This document shows positions 11,407 through 23,628 of a stretch of DNA of 64,000 nucleotides, one piece after another. The DNA lies in assembly GCA_002269645.1 (NCBI GenBank), contig NIVC01002920.1:1-64000 (forward strand). The letters are read 5' to 3'. This stretch comes from Macrostomum lignano (Eukaryota). Position numbers and translations under genes: made by a program. The notes beneath the pieces are model-generated. The model was not told where the DNA came from, searched no databases, and saw only the letters and a program-made list of their open reading frames with translations. Every line of letters starts with the position of its first letter. Position 1 is the stretch's first letter.

Positions 11407-12348
11407 ATGTCAATTGAAAACGGATTTCGCATTGCGTTAGTGACTCTATTGTGCGTTTCATTTCTCCTCAACACCGTATTCGTTGGCTTCACAGTGCGAC
11501 GCAAGATCGGCAGCCGTCTCTGCACCGCCCTGCTGCGCAGTCAGTCAGTCATCGACCTGCTGCTCATGGCGGCAAACTTACTGATCATGCAGTTCAACAG
11601 CTACTTGCCGGAGCTCAGCCAATCGATTGCAGATGTTTGGTGGCAGATCTACTGCAAATTGTTTGCTAGCAGAGTTATTTATTGGAGCCTGGTCAGCATG
11701 AGCGTCTACAATCTTCTCGGCATCGCCGTTGAGCGCTGCGTTTGCCTCTGCTGTCCATTTTTGTACCGCGTGAACAAACGCAAGCTGCTAATAGGGATTT
11801 CAGTCACCATCGCAGTTTCGCCGCTTCTTGTTGAGGCACCTTACTGTCTGCTTTCAACAATGCTTAGTTATCAGGAAGTGAACAATGGAACCAGCCACAA
11901 AAGCTGCATCTATGAACTCGATCGTCAGGCGGAACTAGGCTTCAGTGTTGCCTACGTGACATTGTTCTGGATTCTACCGTTCTGCGCAATCCTGCTGCTC
12001 TACCTGTGCATCATTATTCGAATTCGACGTTCAGTCAGCATGAGAGAGGACTCGGACGCTGGCTGCAGAGTTGGCAGAGCCGCTAGAAAACTTACCTTGA
12101 CGACGGGCGTCACCGCCATTGCTTTCGTTTTCCTGTTTGCAATGGACAGCGTCACCTTTCTGCTTTATACTCTTGGCACCGGCTTTGTTTTACCGAAGTT
12201 TCTGGCCGAACTGGACTCGTTCCTGGTGAGCATGAACAGCGCGGTTAATCCGCTTATCTACCTGATCTTCCTGCCCGAGTTTCGTCACTTTATGCTCTGC
12301 TTTCGAAGTTCAGGAAGTGCAGAAGGTTCAGGTATCCCACGCACCTAA
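11407..12348 (+). CDS. Intronless class A GPCR, copy 3
   Basis: 313-aa ORF with AVERCVCLCCP and NSAVNPLIY; clearly paralogous to copy 1. Confidence 0.92.
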   Translation: MSIENGFRIALVTLLCVSFLLNTVFVGFTVRRKIGSRLCTALLRSQSVIDLLLMAANLLIMQFNSYLPELSQSIADVWWQIYCKLFASRVIYWSLVSMSVYNLLGIAVERCVCLCCPFLYRVNKRKLLIGISVTIAVSPLLVEAPYCLLSTMLSYQEVNNGTSHKSCIYELDRQAELGFSVAYVTLFWILPFCAILLLYLCIIIRIRRSVSMREDSDAGCRVGRAARKLTLTTGVTAIAFVFLFAMDSVTFLLYTLGTGFVLPKFLAELDSFLVSMNSAVNPLIYLIFLPEFRHFMLCFRSSGSAEGSGIPRT

Positions 12349-14569
12349 GTGGAATGCTGAATATGCTTTTTAGTTGCAATCCGATTTTTGTTCGTTGCTT
12401 TTTATTTACGCCTTAAATCGCCTTCAACTAAGCGACTGGAACTTTAGCTGGAACTCTATTTTCCTTGAGTCTGTGCTGAGCTAGAAACACACCAGATTTA
12501 TTGATAAAGCCGTGATATATAACTCTGGTAATGATGATACAACAGTCTTTTATGTATTCAATTATCCCCTTTCACTGTCATGTTAATTTTATTGTACTGC
12601 TTCAATTATTCTTCGCTTGCCATATTCTATTGAAAGAAAACTATTTGGAAATTTCGGAGTTTCGGAGTTTGGTGAATTTTTTTGCAAAAATGATAAAGTC
12701 ATCAAGTTTAGCATCGATAAAACAGAATTTCGAGCGCTAAGAGCAAAGATTAGTAAATATAATCAGCAACATTAAAAAGTCGCCACTCTATGCGCCACTA
12801 CGCCAGTGAGCGATTTCTCTTTGGACTATTCTGAAATAAAGGATGCAATGAAAACTGATCGGGGTAGCTTTAATCCGTCCAATCCTCGCACACCACTTCA
12901 TTCCTCAACTCAAGTCTGCCAACTCTGCAAACTCTCAACTCGATGTTGCTGAGTATATTTTTCTGTCAGCAAAGTGATCTTTGAACTTTTAATCTTTGAA
13001 AACTTCAGTTAATAAATGAAGCAACACTTAAATAAATCTTTATTTATCATTAAATATATTATTAAGCTTTTCTTGATTAGTCTACTATGCCAACATATCC
13101 GTTCCCGACGGCTTGGACCGAAATCGTGCCAAACTCAAACCCAAATTGCTTATAGCTCGTAGGTCACTAGTGATAGCTCAGACTAGATAGAAAGTACTCA
13201 ATAAAAGCTATGCTAGCTGGTACTATGAAACTTAACAAAATATAGGTTAGGAAACGATGAAAATTGAGCCACAGGCACTATAGAGTATCACTTATTAACA
13301 AAATGCTACTATAAGTAGAGTAACGTAAACACTCGCAGTAAAATTGAAAATTTGAATTATGTTAAGCATTATAACGAAAAAATGAATCATTTTACCATTT
13401 ATAACACAAAAATAAACCATGATCCTTCTGTGATGTATGTGTTACGCGTATTTGATTATCGAGAGCAGCGTTGTTATCGGCCGTTATTGATCTATTAATT
13501 TCTGTTGAATTATTGAATTAAAGGCCTCCATATTCCCAAGGGATTGGATTGAATTGTCCTAATCTAAATTTGCTCTCATATACTACCGCCGTCAGAATTG
13601 AAGAGGAAAACAACCAAGCGCGGAAGAACCTACACTACGAGAAGAAGAGCCCGCAACAATACGTGTTTAATAAAGTTACGAGTAGTTTCCAGACTTCAGT
13701 CAGGAAGTGAGAATTCGTGCATTTAGGCACTATACATAATCCTCCCTCGCTAAAGCGAACTCTTCAGAATATTTCTATATTAATTGGTAACAGAAATTTT
13801 TCAGAAAAGCTTCGCTGAACCGACTTTCCCATGCTTATTACCCTAGTACGCTCGTATGCGAATTGACACACATCGGCTAGACTAGGTGAAGCTCATTCTA
13901 ATCACAGATTAACCCTTTCAGCTTTGGAAACGAAAATCTTTGTTTGCCGAAGCGCAGACTAAATCGAGAGGCCGTTTATCAACAATTGTCTCGTACAAAA
14001 ATGGGGGCTACATCGGATTGTTTGCCCATTAGCTTGCACGCATTTTATAGTTTTTTTTCAGCTGATCTGACTAGCAGAGCTGTGAATTATTCGAGTCCCT
14101 AAGCTAATTGGAATTATCCGGAAAGTTGTACAAATAAAGCTTGGCTGACTGCAGTTCAGGATGCGCTCGCTTCTGCATAGGACGCCTAAAATGGCACCAA
14201 AGTAAATACGTCAAAATTATCATTTTCATGCGTTGTATAAAAACGTTTATTGAAAAGCCTCTACAGCCTTTTACGACCATTAAAACATTAAACCTTCACG
14301 ATTGATTTAGCGTGGATCAAAATTTTTTTATTACTAAGGCTTAAAATCTACAGGTATTCGACTAAAACTTTTTGTTCGGACAAGTTTCAGAATGATCATT
14401 TTTTCAAATCTCATAAGTCAGTATAGCTTAAAGGTAAGTATTGAAATAATAAAAGCAACCAAACACTCTGTCAGTCATTTCCCCAAAACATCAGTGTCAC
14501 AGAACGCTTCCAAGAGCCTAAGTGCGAAAATCGCCGCTAATCGAATAATCGCCGAATCGTCGCCGCCGC

Positions 14570-14800
14570 CGGAAAGTCGATAGAATTCCGATTGCGCACC
14601 TGCTCTCTCCGGTAGGGTGCCTGCAGCGTTAGCAGCAGCGCCTTTTTGTACCGTCTGTGGGCAGTACTACTTGGCATGGATGATATGGCCTGCCAGCTGA
14701 AAACAGGTCGCTTGGACGGACCCAGCTAGCGCGGTGATACAGTGCCGCGTCGGAAACTCGCTCGTCGTCGAGTTTAAAGGCGTCGCAAAGCAGGCCACGT
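14570..14800 (-). mobile_element. RTE-clade LINE reverse transcriptase C-terminal fragment
   Basis: Minus-strand translation gives VSDAALYHRASWVRPSDL then, frameshifted, QLAGHIIHAK*YCPQTVQKALLLTLQAPYRR, matching the RTE-type RL.LAGH..R terminal motif. Confidence 0.6.
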
Positions 14801-15499
14801 CAACTTATTATTCGAGAGAATCAGTCGGGATTCAGCTCTCGGCGTTGTAAAGCATGATTCTCTTGAGTACCGCCCGAAACAATGATGCTTTCTGGCGGTC
14901 GGGTAGAGCCCCAGATAGCAGAAATTCCCTCACAGAACGAAAGGCAGCGCAGGCAAGCCCAAGGCGACGCCGCAGATTCTCGCAGATGTCGGAAAACAGA
15001 CCACCGAACTATACAAACTTCTGCTGACATAGCGGTAATTGCCCAGAAGCACCTCGGCACAAATAGCGACCGACGATGTCGGTCAATGATCAATGTCGAC
15101 CGACATGCAGACGATATAAGGCTACTTGTGCATCTTGTGCCGCATTCGTTAGTCGTTAGACCTGCGTGAGGGGGAGCGACGCGGGCCTAGGTTCGATTAC
15201 AAGTGCAGTCACAATAATTTAGAGCTAAATTGGAATCTTGGCTTGAGGCTTGAGTCTGCTCATGCAATTAACGCTTTTATAAGGGTCAACTCCCAAGGCA
15301 CAGTGAAATGTACATGCCTAAATAAAGAATAAACAAAGTTAGGGCCGCTGTACACCTGTGTGTGCCCGTGTGCATGACTGCATACGTATCTGTACGCTTG
15401 TGTGCCTTCTCAGGAAAGTCAGTAAGCCCCCAATTGGAATTGGCAGTAAGCCCCCACAGCCCCCTACCTCTAATAAAAAAGAACTACCTGAGACTTCGA

Positions 15500-15714
15500 T
15501 CGGCAAGTGGCAGCAGAGTAAAATCAGCGCCGCGGCCAAGAAGCTAAAATTGACTTTGGACAGCTGCACCTTTCTGTTGTATGTTGGCGAGGGCATCATC
15601 ACCATGCTTCTATTCTCGGACAAAATGGACTCGTTTTTGGTCAGTCTTAGTAGTGCGGTGAATCCGCTGACATACCTCATTGTTATGAAAACATTTCGAA
15701 AGTTCTTTTCCTGA
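15500..15714 (+). pseudogene. GPCR fragment (ICL3 to TM7, TM6 partly deleted)
   Basis: ISAAAKKLKLTLDSCTFLLY...MDSFLVSLSSAVNPLTYLI matches the 3' end of the neighbouring GPCRs; the 5' two-thirds is missing. Confidence 0.8.
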
Positions 15715-16795
15715 TGAGGTTTAGCAAGACCAGAAACCATGTACCAGTCTGTTTGGGAAGATGGTAGCTCAGTAAACGTGATTCGTATGCAGGACGTGAC
15801 TGTTCCTTGAAATGGAATCGGTTGGCAAGCAAACTTTTAATATTACATGCAACATTATTCAATATTTGCCTACTCTTCACCTGTGAGTTTTTTAAATAAA
15901 CAGAAGAAATATGCTTCTTATCTATGTAGTCTCCTAGGTAAATCCCGTGTGAAAAATTCATGGAGCTGGTTACCTCTCATTTAGTTTATTCTTGCTAATT
16001 GTCTCATGCTAATTGGTTCAGCGACATTGTCTCACAACCAGCGCTGACTCCTGAGTACATTGAAGGGCGCCAATACTGTACGCAGGCACGCACTGATACA
16101 GAGGTGTACACTGGCCCTGACTTTCTAATCATCAGACAGGTACAATATCTGGTGCCTAGTGAGTTGGCTCTCATGGGACTAGCCAATTTTCGTGCACAAG
16201 CTCAAAATTAATGTGGCGCACTCAGTACGCTCGTAGTCTATTTTTGTCACGCGAGGTTTGTTTATATTCGGTATTCGGTTTTTGATGGCCTCTGACGTAG
16301 AGGTTGCGATGACATAACCATTTTGAGTTTTCCAAAAGTTGGATTAGGTTGAGTCTCACGTGATTTTACGGAGTGCCAGATTGCATCGCTCCTCATATTG
16401 GCCTTATTTGCCTGCCTATTCGATGAACTTTTAGCCGCAAAGAGAACGGGGGTAGGAATCTCTCCATACCGACTTTCTGTTCATTAAACTTGGATTGAAA
16501 GGCATTGAGATATACAAGCACGCAAAGCATCAAATATTTAGATGAAGCTTATTACTTTGAACCTAATGCCAATTTGCTTTATGTCTGCTTTGTTTCGAAC
16601 GTCACGTCACTAGTGTTCATCGACAAGCGTCCCCCGAACAAATGAAATGTGTTCTCCGCTGATTGGTCAGTGTTCGACTTCAGAAGTATAGTTTTTTCCT
16701 ACATGTCTCATTCTATACAGCTTCTATAGGCATAAAATTCTGCAATATTTAAGCAGAGTTTGCTGATCAGCTAAGTTTTATTCGAAAAAAATAAC

Positions 16796-17770
16796 ATGGC
16801 CATTGAAAACGACTTCCGCTTTGCCCTAATCGCAATTGTGAGCGTGTCAACAGTCTTCAACGCCCTGTTTCTAATTTTTACAATTCAGAAAAAGATTGGC
16901 ACCCGTCTCTGCACCGTCCTGTTGCGCAGTCAGTCAGCCATCGACCTGCTGCTCATCGGAGCAAACTTGCTGGTTATGCAGTTCAGTAGCTACCTGCCGG
17001 AACTCAGCCAGTCAATGCCAGACTTCATTTGGCAGCTCTACTGCAAACTGTACATGAGCCAGCTCCTCTATTGGGGTCTTGTCTGCATGAGCGTCTACAA
17101 TATCCTGGCCATATCGATTGAGCGCTGCATCTGTCTCTGCTGTCCGTTCTGGTATCGTTTAAACAAGCAAAAGCTGCTGGCAATGCTTGTCATGCTGATC
17201 ATCGTTTCACCGTTTCTGGTTGAGGCACCGTACTGTCTGGCTGCGCGATCCGTTACTTACGTAGACAATGGAAACGGAACATTTGTGACGGCTTGCCCGT
17301 ACAAGTTCGACCCAGAAGACGAAAAAATCATTGGTATTTCCTATGTAACCTTGTTCTGGATTTTTCCTTTCTGTTTGATTGTACTGCTCTACTTGTTCAT
17401 CATTTGCCAAATCCGAAAATCGGTTGGCATGCGGGAGAATGCAGCTGCTGGCAGCAGAAATGCCATCAGTGCCGCCGCAAAAAAGCTGACCCTGACGACT
17501 GGCGTCACAGCGGCAGCCTTCGTGCTTCTATTCGCTATGGACAGCGTCACATTTCTGCTGTACAACATCGAGACAAGAATAGTCCTGCCACCGTTTTTTG
17601 GCGAACTGGACTCATTCCTTGTGAGCATGAACAGCGCGGTAAATCCGCTAATCTACATGATATTCATGCCGGAGTTTCGACGATTCTTGCTTTGCCGACG
17701 ACGAGTTCAAAGCTCAACTGGAAAAAATAGCGGCGCACAGCCAGGAGTCCCCGGTGCTGTGTCTGCTTAA
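16796..17770 (+). CDS. Intronless class A GPCR, copy 5
   Basis: 324-aa ORF with SIERCICLCCP and NSAVNPLIY. Confidence 0.92.
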   Translation: MAIENDFRFALIAIVSVSTVFNALFLIFTIQKKIGTRLCTVLLRSQSAIDLLLIGANLLVMQFSSYLPELSQSMPDFIWQLYCKLYMSQLLYWGLVCMSVYNILAISIERCICLCCPFWYRLNKQKLLAMLVMLIIVSPFLVEAPYCLAARSVTYVDNGNGTFVTACPYKFDPEDEKIIGISYVTLFWIFPFCLIVLLYLFIICQIRKSVGMRENAAAGSRNAISAAAKKLTLTTGVTAAAFVLLFAMDSVTFLLYNIETRIVLPPFFGELDSFLVSMNSAVNPLIYMIFMPEFRRFLLCRRRVQSSTGKNSGAQPGVPGAVSA

Positions 17771-19802
17771 AACTATCTGTGTCTGCAGACCATTACGTTT
17801 GATCTAGACTGGGTTCTTAGAGTTCTTGGAGTAGTGCATGCACATTAGCTCTTTAGAGTCCACTTTTGTCTAATGAAACCAAAAAACAATTTTGTTATAA
17901 CCGAAAAATGCAGTTCGAAGCAAATGAGTTACTTTCTATTTTATGAAATTTTCCACAAATTGCGATCGAGCTAATAAAGCATTGTTCGTTTCTAATATTT
18001 TGTGAAATTTACTTTTTCAGCCTGAAAGCTCTCCGGAATCTTCGACTCGATGCGTCTAAACTTCATGTCCTGAAAAACTGGTAACGAAAATTTGATCTTC
18101 GTGTCAACTGCTACATAGTTATTTAGTTTGGAAATATATATCATTCCATAGCACGTTGTCAATCTACAGGAGCTATTAAGATTTCTGACTAGTAGCGTAA
18201 TTGCTAAATGTTACTAAAATTGGACATTTTTTGGTTCATGAAGCTGTATTAAGATCAATACGTCTTTTAATGCGCTTTTTATTGCAGTAACTTACAGATA
18301 GCTACTGGGAAATAAAAAACTTGTTCCATTAAATGGATCGATGCACAAAAAGGCAATGCATTCGGGCACAAAATAGTCGGACCCGAAACATCAAATATCC
18401 CATCATATTTTCTTTTCTTCTTGTTATTGATTGACTTCTTTACTGATAGACGTTAACTGAGACATCGATCGAAATGGATCTGGCCTAAGAATGAATCCAA
18501 TTTATTTGTCTAGTTGCATCGCTGGACTAACTACGCATTTTCCGGAGAAACTTAGTTGGGAAACAAAAAGGTTTATTTTCTTATTTATTTTCCGGAAATG
18601 AAAAACGCAAATGATTTTTAAAAAATTACGGTTTTTTCTTGTGTATTTTGTTTTTTTCAATAATTTATTGGTTTCCAGCAGCCGAATTTCGATTACTGTA
18701 AATGGGGCATCAATAATCCCGGAAAATTTTATGAAACAAATAACAAAGCATTGTTATTGCATTGGATTGTTCTAACTTTGACATTTCCCGAACTGTCACT
18801 AGGAAGAGAAAAGCAAAGAGCGTTCGGAGGAAATTTCAATTGTTCGTGTATACGAATTTCTACATGGCGAAACCCCATTTATCTTAGTGAGGCGAGAAAA
18901 GCAAAAAATATGAATAAATCTGTTGTGAAGACACAACTGTAGCCATGCTTATAATGTTCACTACCAAGTCTTTAATAATATGAGCTGTTTTTTCAAAGTA
19001 CGAGTATTTTATGGACAAACTTTGCTGCATTTGAAATCCGGAAGTCGAGAAGGCGAGAATCTTCAACAGTGCTGAGAAGCAGACAAATTCCTAACCGACC
19101 TCTGGTGAAACTTCTTCTAACTTAGTTGCCAGTCATGTTCTGCAATATTTCCACATTCTTATTTCAAGTGACGGGTCGAAGTTCTGAAAATAAAAATTCT
19201 AGGCCATGAAGATGAACAACAAAGACCAGGAACAAACCCAAATCGAAGAGTTATAAGTTGATGAAGCTTTATTTAATATTCCTTTAGGGTTAGGTTCTCC
19301 AAAAATTTGTAGCTAAACCAAACTAAAGAAGAAAATCTTGCCCTCAAACTGGAAGAGTTGTACATCTTCCAAAGATTTAAGGGGAGGAGGGCGCTATGGG
19401 AAAAGACAAGGCACGCCTTGAATTTATAGCTCGTACAGTACATTCAAACAAAATAGCCAAAATGGTTCGAAAATATACTTTTGCAGTTAGTTTCTTTAAA
19501 ATCTATGCAATATACAAAAAAGTCAAATATATAGGAGTCTGTTTAATTTACGGTAAAGCCATTTACGCTCGTATGATTACCGCTGATCAACTATGGCTTA
19601 CGTTTGATCATTTAGGGTAGAATTAAGTAATCTGAAAAGTAAAAAAGTACACAAAACAAAAACAATGCGCAGAACGGAAGAGGAATCGATAAAATTCGAT
19701 CTAGCTCATTGATTATTGACTTTTAGAAGCCATATGCAATAAAAAATAGAAAAAAAAGAATTTTGTCGCCATTCACTTCACCAATACGCGGAACAGACGA
19801 AT

Positions 19803-21729
19803 TCAGCCTTCATTCAGAGATGCTTGAACACCAGCGCTACCGGTTGAGAAGTGAGCAACCTCTCGAACTGCACTATTTTGAGCCAAAACGGTGCGCGCAA
19901 CGCTAGGGATATTGGTGCTCAACTTGATTGATCCGAATGTTTGCTTATCCTGCTCCACTGAAATAAGAAAGATAGTGTTATAAAAGAAACTGCCAGTGGT
20001 AGGCCTGTAAAATTTTTGCATTCAATCATTTCATCGTTGTGCTTACGTTTGAAAGTTTTATCCTTGATGTCACCCTGAGCAAAGTGCTCGCCGAGATTTA
20101 TCACAGTATTGCAGAAGGGCACTTTTAATGGTGAACTATCTGAGCAGCACAGCCGAATCGCTACATGCAGCTCTTTGTCGGGCAATTTCTGAAAGCTGTA
20201 GTTAAATGTTGTCATGTAGTTGAACTGGATTTCGATTTCGTCGCCACTGCGCTTGCACTTGCTAGAATTCGACAATTCTACTTTTGGTGAGTCGTTCCAG
20301 TTCCAGTCAGAATTCATTTTAAATCCGACAGAACAGTTAGTTGCATCCGACGGGAGAATTTCCTTTTGAAACTTTACGCTGACAATATTCAGATTGTAAG
20401 TCTTTGTTCGGGCAGCTCGAATGTAGAGCTGCATCATTTCCTCCGTGACGCTAGCAAAGTCGGATTGCAGCCTTGTCGTTTCATGAGCTGCTGGCACAGC
20501 CGCTGCCACCGCTGCCGCATCTTCATATTTGGCAGAGTCAGCAGCCGGCCCCAGCTTCTTTGAGGCCGCCGCAGCAGCTTGAATATCGTCGAAGTCTAGA
20601 GCCGTTTTCAACGCATCGGTATGAGCAGTTATATCGGCCTCTGAGAATTTCGGAGCTAACTCCGATTCAACAAGTTTACAAAGGTTTTCTAACTGCTGAA
20701 GCCGTTCGCCGTAAAACTCGTTCCAATCGGACAGAAGTTTTGCTTTCGTCTTCGCCAACCTTGCCGCCTTGCTTGCGGCTGCCATCAGCGACTCGAATTC
20801 GGCCTAAATGAGAATTTTAGTTCAAGTTTGAATTCTAGCTTCGGGACGCATCATTTTATGTGTAAAATATTTAAATAGCCGTTTAAAGGCTTTTGTCACT
20901 CGTCCGGTAGTAATAATAAAAAAATAATTATTTTTTCTGCAACGATTAAGAAAGCCTATTAATAAAAATTAAAAAAAATGTTTTAAATAAGTAGTTATTG
21001 CATCTAAATGCCTCTAATTTACAGGCATTTGGATGGCGAAATTTCAACTAAATTTCGTTTTAACTAACTGCTTTACCATTGTGGTATTACTTGGAGTACT
21101 AGAAAAACAGCCTTCAAGTTAATTGGAAACCTGTTTACAGATTCCACGTACTAAAAACGGTTTGTCGGTATCTAGGTATGCAATTGATTTCGAAGCAAGC
21201 TTACTTGAAATAGAAGTCGATCGTCGCTATAATGTAAACCGCAAAGATTCCGATCGCAGTGCTCGCAGAAGCGCATCGAAGGTTTCCCGCATGGTCGCTG
21301 TTGAGCACCATTTTCTAAGGCTTCACATGGAGGCTTCTGGCTGTTTGTTTGTCCTGTCACATCCTTTGGCGCAGCCTTGGCCGCCGCAACCAGGATGCGC
21401 AGCTGAGAGTTCTCAACAGGTCTTCGCAAGTTCTCCTTGCACAGCGGGCATTTCGCCTCCCTGGGTCCTGAGCTGCTAACAAAACCTTTGTAGCAGGCCA
21501 GGCACAGTGAATGGTGATTCGCGCACACATAGTGGGGGTTATTAAAGAAGTCGAGACACACCGGACAGGTAACATCGTTCCTGTCGATTTTGGAATTTTG
21601 ACTGCCAGCTGAAAAACAGATAATAAGATAAACTAAAGTTAATCCCACAGAGAATTAATATTATGCTGCAAGCTAAACTGCATTTAAAATTTTGAAACTC
21701 AGTAACTTACCTCCGCCTGAACCGCTCAT
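19803..21729 (-). CDS. TRIM-like RING-HC / B-box-like / coiled-coil protein with C-terminal C2-type domain (~444 aa, 4 exons)
   Basis: Exons (-) 21729-21711, 21608-21205, 20803-20047 and 19957-19803; gtaagt/gtaagc donors, cag/tag acceptors, consistent phases, 1335 nt total. RING CPVC-x10-CANHHSLCLAC...CPLC; B-box-like C..CEHCDRNLCGLH; helical middle; beta-sandwich ending INLGEHF...KTFKLEQDKQTFGSIKLS. Confidence 0.75.
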
Positions 21730-22107
21730 TGCAGTGTCAGTTAACTCAGCTCTTAGGTAAAACACTTCGAAAAAACTGCTTTGCCGGCTCTATATGTATT
21801 ATTCTTGCCGCATGTACATCAAACCTCACACAGCCTACACACAATTTATTTTTAACGCAAGCACTCTTCTCCTTGGGCAAGCTTTTCATTTTAAACACAA
21901 TTGCATTGAGGCATCATTCAGCGCAGACGTGCTTTTCTGCATATTAGGCGCATGCAAATTTGTGCTATTATGCCTTCTTTTTGAGTAAGAATGGCCGTTC
22001 ACATTGATGCGAGACAAACTGAAAATGAAATGGGTTACTGGCATTTAGTAGCTGGCTAAAAATAAACCCGTGCAGTGGTCTGAAAGAACACTAGAAAATT
22101 CAAGAAA

Positions 22108-22155
<48 letters not shown>
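22108..22155. repeat. (TG)n microsatellite
   Basis: Direct reading. Confidence 0.95.
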
Positions 22156-22156
<1 letters not shown>

Positions 22157-22305
22157 ACGAATTAAATTCGGTAATTTAGGCAATGCATTGCAAATTTATT
22201 AAATATTTATTAGACTCATAATTATAATTTCGGATAGCAACCGATATATTGGATACAGATTAAGCAGTAACGAGGCAAATATTACTAAAGTAGCGCTCGA
22301 AATTT

Positions 22306-22471
22306 ATGGAAATGTTTTGAAGGCCACTTTTCGTCAAAAAATACACTACGGAGATAGGAAGTTTTCATTTTTCAATCGGACATTAAAATCTCTTAACTTC
22401 TCTGAAAATGAAAACTTCCTATCTCCGTAGTGTATTTTTCGGCGAAAAGTGGATTTCAAAACTTTTTCCAT
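22306..22471. mobile_element. Long inverted repeat / MITE-like hairpin
   Basis: ~65-bp arms (22306-22371 and 22404-22471) are near-perfect reverse complements, e.g. aaaatacactacggagataggaagttttcatttt. Confidence 0.7.
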
Positions 22472-22693
22472 GAAACGTGAGTGTTGCGTCCTGTGTATAG
22501 GTTGCTTTAGTTGTCCTTGTTACGAGGCTCCAGAGCGAGGGTGAGGAAATTATAATTTCCCCCAACATAAGGAAACTTAAAAATTTTGGAATTTAACATA
22601 AATGTACAAAATAAATACTACTTCAACGCGCATGGTAAGTAGTACGGTATACTGTACGTAATTTGATAAAATTTTAATAACGCCTCACTATTT

Positions 22694-23365
22694 ATCAGTA
22701 TCGTATCGACAGTATCGACAGTATCGACAGTACCGACAGTATGGACAGTACCGACAGTATCGACAGTACCGACAGTACCGACAGTACCGACAGTACCGAC
22801 AGTACCGACAGTATCGACAGTACCGACAGTACCGACAGTACCGACAGTATCGACAGCACCGACAGTATCGACAGTACCGACAGTACCGACAGTATCGACA
22901 GTATCGACAGTATCGACAGTACCGACAGTATCGACAGTATCGACAGTACCGACAGTATCGACAGTACCGACAGTACCGACAGTACCGACAGTATCGACAG
23001 TATCGACAGTACCGACAGTACCGACAGTATCGACAGTACCGACAGTACCGACAGTACCGACAGTACCGACAGTACCGACAGTATCGACAGCACCGACAGT
23101 ATCGACAGTACCGACAGTACCGACAGTATCGACAGTATCGACAGTATCGACAGTACCGACAGTATCGACAGTATCGACAGTACCGACAGTATCGACAGTA
23201 CCGACAGTACCGACAGTACCGACAGTATCGACAGTATCGACAGTACCGACAGTACCGACAGTATCGACAGTATCGACAGTACCGACAGTATCGACAGTAT
23301 CGACAGTACCGACAGTACCGACAGTATCGACAGTATCGACAGTTCTGACAGTACCGACAGTATCT
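22694..23365 (+). repeat. 9-bp minisatellite array 1 (cgacagtat / cgacagtac)
   Basis: About 74 units of two main variants; no stop codons in any frame, giving spurious (CRY)n and (DST/DSI)n ORFs. Confidence 0.97.
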
Positions 23366-23494
23366 AGTAGCTACTTTAATAATACTCATGTTAATACATA
23401 AAAATGCCAGGCGACCGCTATTTTAAAAGCTAAAGCTTTTAAATTACATGTCTGAATTACATGTTCATTTTACACGTTACACGTTTCTGAATTA

Positions 23495-23628
23495 CAGGTT
23501 CCAGGACGCCCTTGGAAACCTTAGAGCTCTTGTAGACATATTTCGCGACAGTAAGATACCATAAAAAAAAATTCTCGCGAACCAGCTCTACAAGAGCTCG
23601 AAGGTTTCCAAGGGCGTCCTGGAACCTG
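23495..23628. mobile_element. MITE-like inverted repeat, 42-bp arms
   Basis: caggttccaggacgcccttggaaaccttagagctcttgtaga (23495-23536) versus its reverse complement at 23587-23628, one mismatch. Confidence 0.75.

Noticed and set aside
15708-15775. Second hammerhead-like motif (ctgatgaggttt...agaccagaaac)
   Set aside because: There is an extra base before GAAA, no stem I pairing, and CTGATGA coincides with the GPCR fragment's stop codon; probably chance.
19919-20046. Unspliced C-terminus ...KRKHNDEMIECKNFTGLPLAVSFITLSFLFQWSRISKHSDQSS of the RING-C2 gene as a transmembrane anchor
   Set aside because: The hydrophobic stretch is the intron's polypyrimidine tract, and splicing gives a better C2 terminal strand. 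It remains possible as an alternative isoform.
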